64,000 bases of DNA from assembly GCA_052279835.1 (NCBI GenBank), contig CP181291.1:5088001-5152000 (forward strand), given 5' to 3'. Below the pieces are notes generated by a model. It did not search any database and had not been told where the DNA came from. It worked only from the letters and a program-made list of their open reading frames with translations. The position numbers and the translations under genes were made by a program. Positions 62,428-64,000 of this stretch are shown here, in pieces. Origin of the DNA: Microcoleus sp. GTDB taxonomy: Bacteria; Cyanobacteriota; Cyanobacteriia; Cyanobacteriales; Microcoleaceae. Numbering within the stretch: position 1 is the stretch's first letter; every line of letters begins with the position of its first letter.

Positions 62428-64000
62428 ATGATTGACAATCTTTCCCTACCAGAATTAGTAGCCCAGATGTTCGTAGTGCGCGCTTCTGGTTATTTGTTCG
62501 ATCGCCAAATTCGCTATCCCGAATGGGAACCCACCGCCGACAAACTCCGCCATTACGTAGAAAAATTGGGCGTTGGTGGTGTGATTTTGGTAGGGGGAAG
62601 TGCTGCGGAATTGTCAGTTCGATCGCACCAATTGCAATCTTGGGCAAAATTTCCGCTATTACTGGCGGCGGATATTGAGGAAGGTGTCGGCCAGCGATTC
62701 AGTGGCGCAACTTGGTTTGGACCACCGATGGCCATCGCAGAAATTGCCAAGCAAAACCCAGCAGATGCAGGATGCTATGCCGAACAAATGGGTGCTGTGA
62801 CTGCCATCGAAGCTAGGGCGATCGGTCTCAATTGGGTTCTGGCACCAGTAGTTGATGTCAACAACAATCCTGACAATCCAGTGATTAACGTCCGCGCTTT
62901 TGGCGAGACACCAGAAATTGTCAGCAAATTAGCCAGTGCTTTTATTCGCGGCGCCAGCACACAATCGGTTTTGACTACAGCCAAACATTTTCCCGGCCAC
63001 GGCGACACCGCCGTTGATTCTCACTTGGAATTGCCGATTTTGCCCCATTCCCCAAGTCGATTGGCGGAGGTTGAGTTGCCTCCTTTTGTCGAAGCCATCG
63101 CCAATGGAGTTGATGCTGTGATGAGTGCCCACTTGCTGATTCCGGCTTGGGATGCTGATTTTCCGGCTACTGTTTCTCGCAAAATTTTGATGGGGAAACT
63201 CCGCCAAGAGTTGGGTTTTCAGGGTTTGATCGTAACCGATGCTTTAGTGATGGGGGCGATCGCCAATCAGTATGGCCCTAATGAAGCAGCGGTTTTGGCG
63301 GCTGTTGCTGGTGCTGATGTTTTGCTGATGCCCCTAGACCCCCACGGCGCAATTCAGGCTGTCTGTGAAGCTGTGACTCAAGGTAGGATTCCCAGAACAC
63401 AAATCAAGGAATCTGTGAAGCGAATTTGGGAGGCTAAGCGTAAAGTTGGTTTGCAGATTTCTGAACCGTCCCAACCCGCCCAGCAGCCCAGGCGTAAGCA
63501 TCAAACTGCTGTTGTCGAAAGCGGTAGCAAGAATCTACAATCGCTAAATTCGATCGACTTAAGTTTGCTGGCACATCCGGCTGCCACGACAATTGCTGCT
63601 GATATTTTGCGAGATTCCTTGAAATTTGGCGGCAATCTACCTTTGGCTGTGTCGCAGACTCAAAAAAATCAGCCGTTGCGGAATTTAATAGTTGTAGATG
63701 ATGTTTTGGCGTGCGAATTTTTGGGAAACCACACTCCCGCGATCGCCGTGCCGGCCAAGTTTGGTTACGAATTGCAACTAATTGACGATCGCACCGCCTC
63801 CATCGCACAGAATACAAATGCAGAGTCCTTTACTCCCACCTTGCTGCAAGTTTTCATTCGTGGCAACTGCTTCCGAGGGAGTGCTGGCTTGACCTTGGCT
63901 GCTCAAGATTTGTTTAAGAAATTATTAACAACCGGTGAACTTCAAGCTGTGTTAATCTACGGAAGTCCCTACGTTTTAGACCAATTTTTGCCCCATCTGT
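62428..64000 (+). CDS. Glycoside hydrolase family 3 (NagZ-like beta-N-acetylhexosaminidase), runs off the right edge
   Basis: Manual translation: MIDNLSLPELVAQMFVVRASG...ADIEEGVGQRF...KHFPGHGD...TDALVM...GSPY, in frame at each checkpoint. Confidence 0.9.
   Translation, partial: MIDNLSLPELVAQMFVVRASGYLFDRQIRYPEWEPTADKLRHYVEKLGVGGVILVGGSAAELSVRSHQLQSWAKFPLLLAADIEEGVGQRFSGATWFGPPMAIAEIAKQNPADAGCYAEQMGAVTAIEARAIGLNWVLAPVVDVNNNPDNPVINVRAFGETPEIVSKLASAFIRGASTQSVLTTAKHFPGHGDTAVDSHLELPILPHSPSRLAEVELPPFVEAIANGVDAVMSAHLLIPAWDADFPATVSRKILMGKLRQELGFQGLIVTDALVMGAIANQYGPNEAAVLAAVAGADVLLMPLDPHGAIQAVCEAVTQGRIPRTQIKESVKRIWEAKRKVGLQISEPSQPAQQPRRKHQTAVVESGSKNLQSLNSIDLSLLAHPAATTIAADILRDSLKFGGNLPLAVSQTQKNQPLRNLIVVDDVLACEFLGNHTPAIAVPAKFGYELQLIDDRTASIAQNTNAESFTPTLLQVFIRGNCFRGSAGLTLAAQDLFKKLLTTGELQAVLIYGSPYVLDQFLPHL

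Noticed and set aside
1414..63745. Very frequent GCGATCGC octamers
   Set aside because: Ordinary cyanobacterial HIP1; useful for taxonomy, not novel.
62553..63817. Several short ORFs on both strands
   Set aside because: Shadow frames of the GH3 gene that runs off the window end.

Overview
This is a gene-dense chromosomal segment of a filamentous cyanobacterium, probably Oscillatoriales/Microcoleaceae-like. That call rests on abundant HIP1 octamers (GCGATCGC), heptamer tandem repeats, a beta-carboxysome operon and a hetZ-like gene. Main blocks: an arsenic cluster (arsR, aquaporin, arsH, arsC, arsS, TVP38/DedA) with a clear ArsR operator inside its promoter; the CO2-concentrating locus (ndhF4-ndhD4-cupB divergent from ccmK2-K1-L-M-N-O); housekeeping genes (pdhA, ftn2/ARC6, dtd, hemL, hisIE, upp, crtH, rbfA, nblB, sipA); several multi-domain signalling proteins; and a probable IsaR1 sRNA between upp and crtH. 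There is no CRISPR array, rRNA, tRNA, prophage or intact transposase. The unusual content is mostly intergenic: a 205-bp IS200/IS605 mini-element that seems to keep the tnpB 3'/omegaRNA end, 23 nt upstream of a crp/fnr start; a Uma2 nuclease gene inserted antisense in the ndhF4-ndhD4 operon between 10-bp direct repeats; nested MITE/REP elements; a 26-bp G/C-run micro-element seen in filled and empty sites; and three +1 frameshifts that all lie in the same 7-mer (AGAAACT), most likely a systematic sequencing artefact. I could not establish a clearly new multi-gene system. Family assignments come from motif recognition, not database searches.
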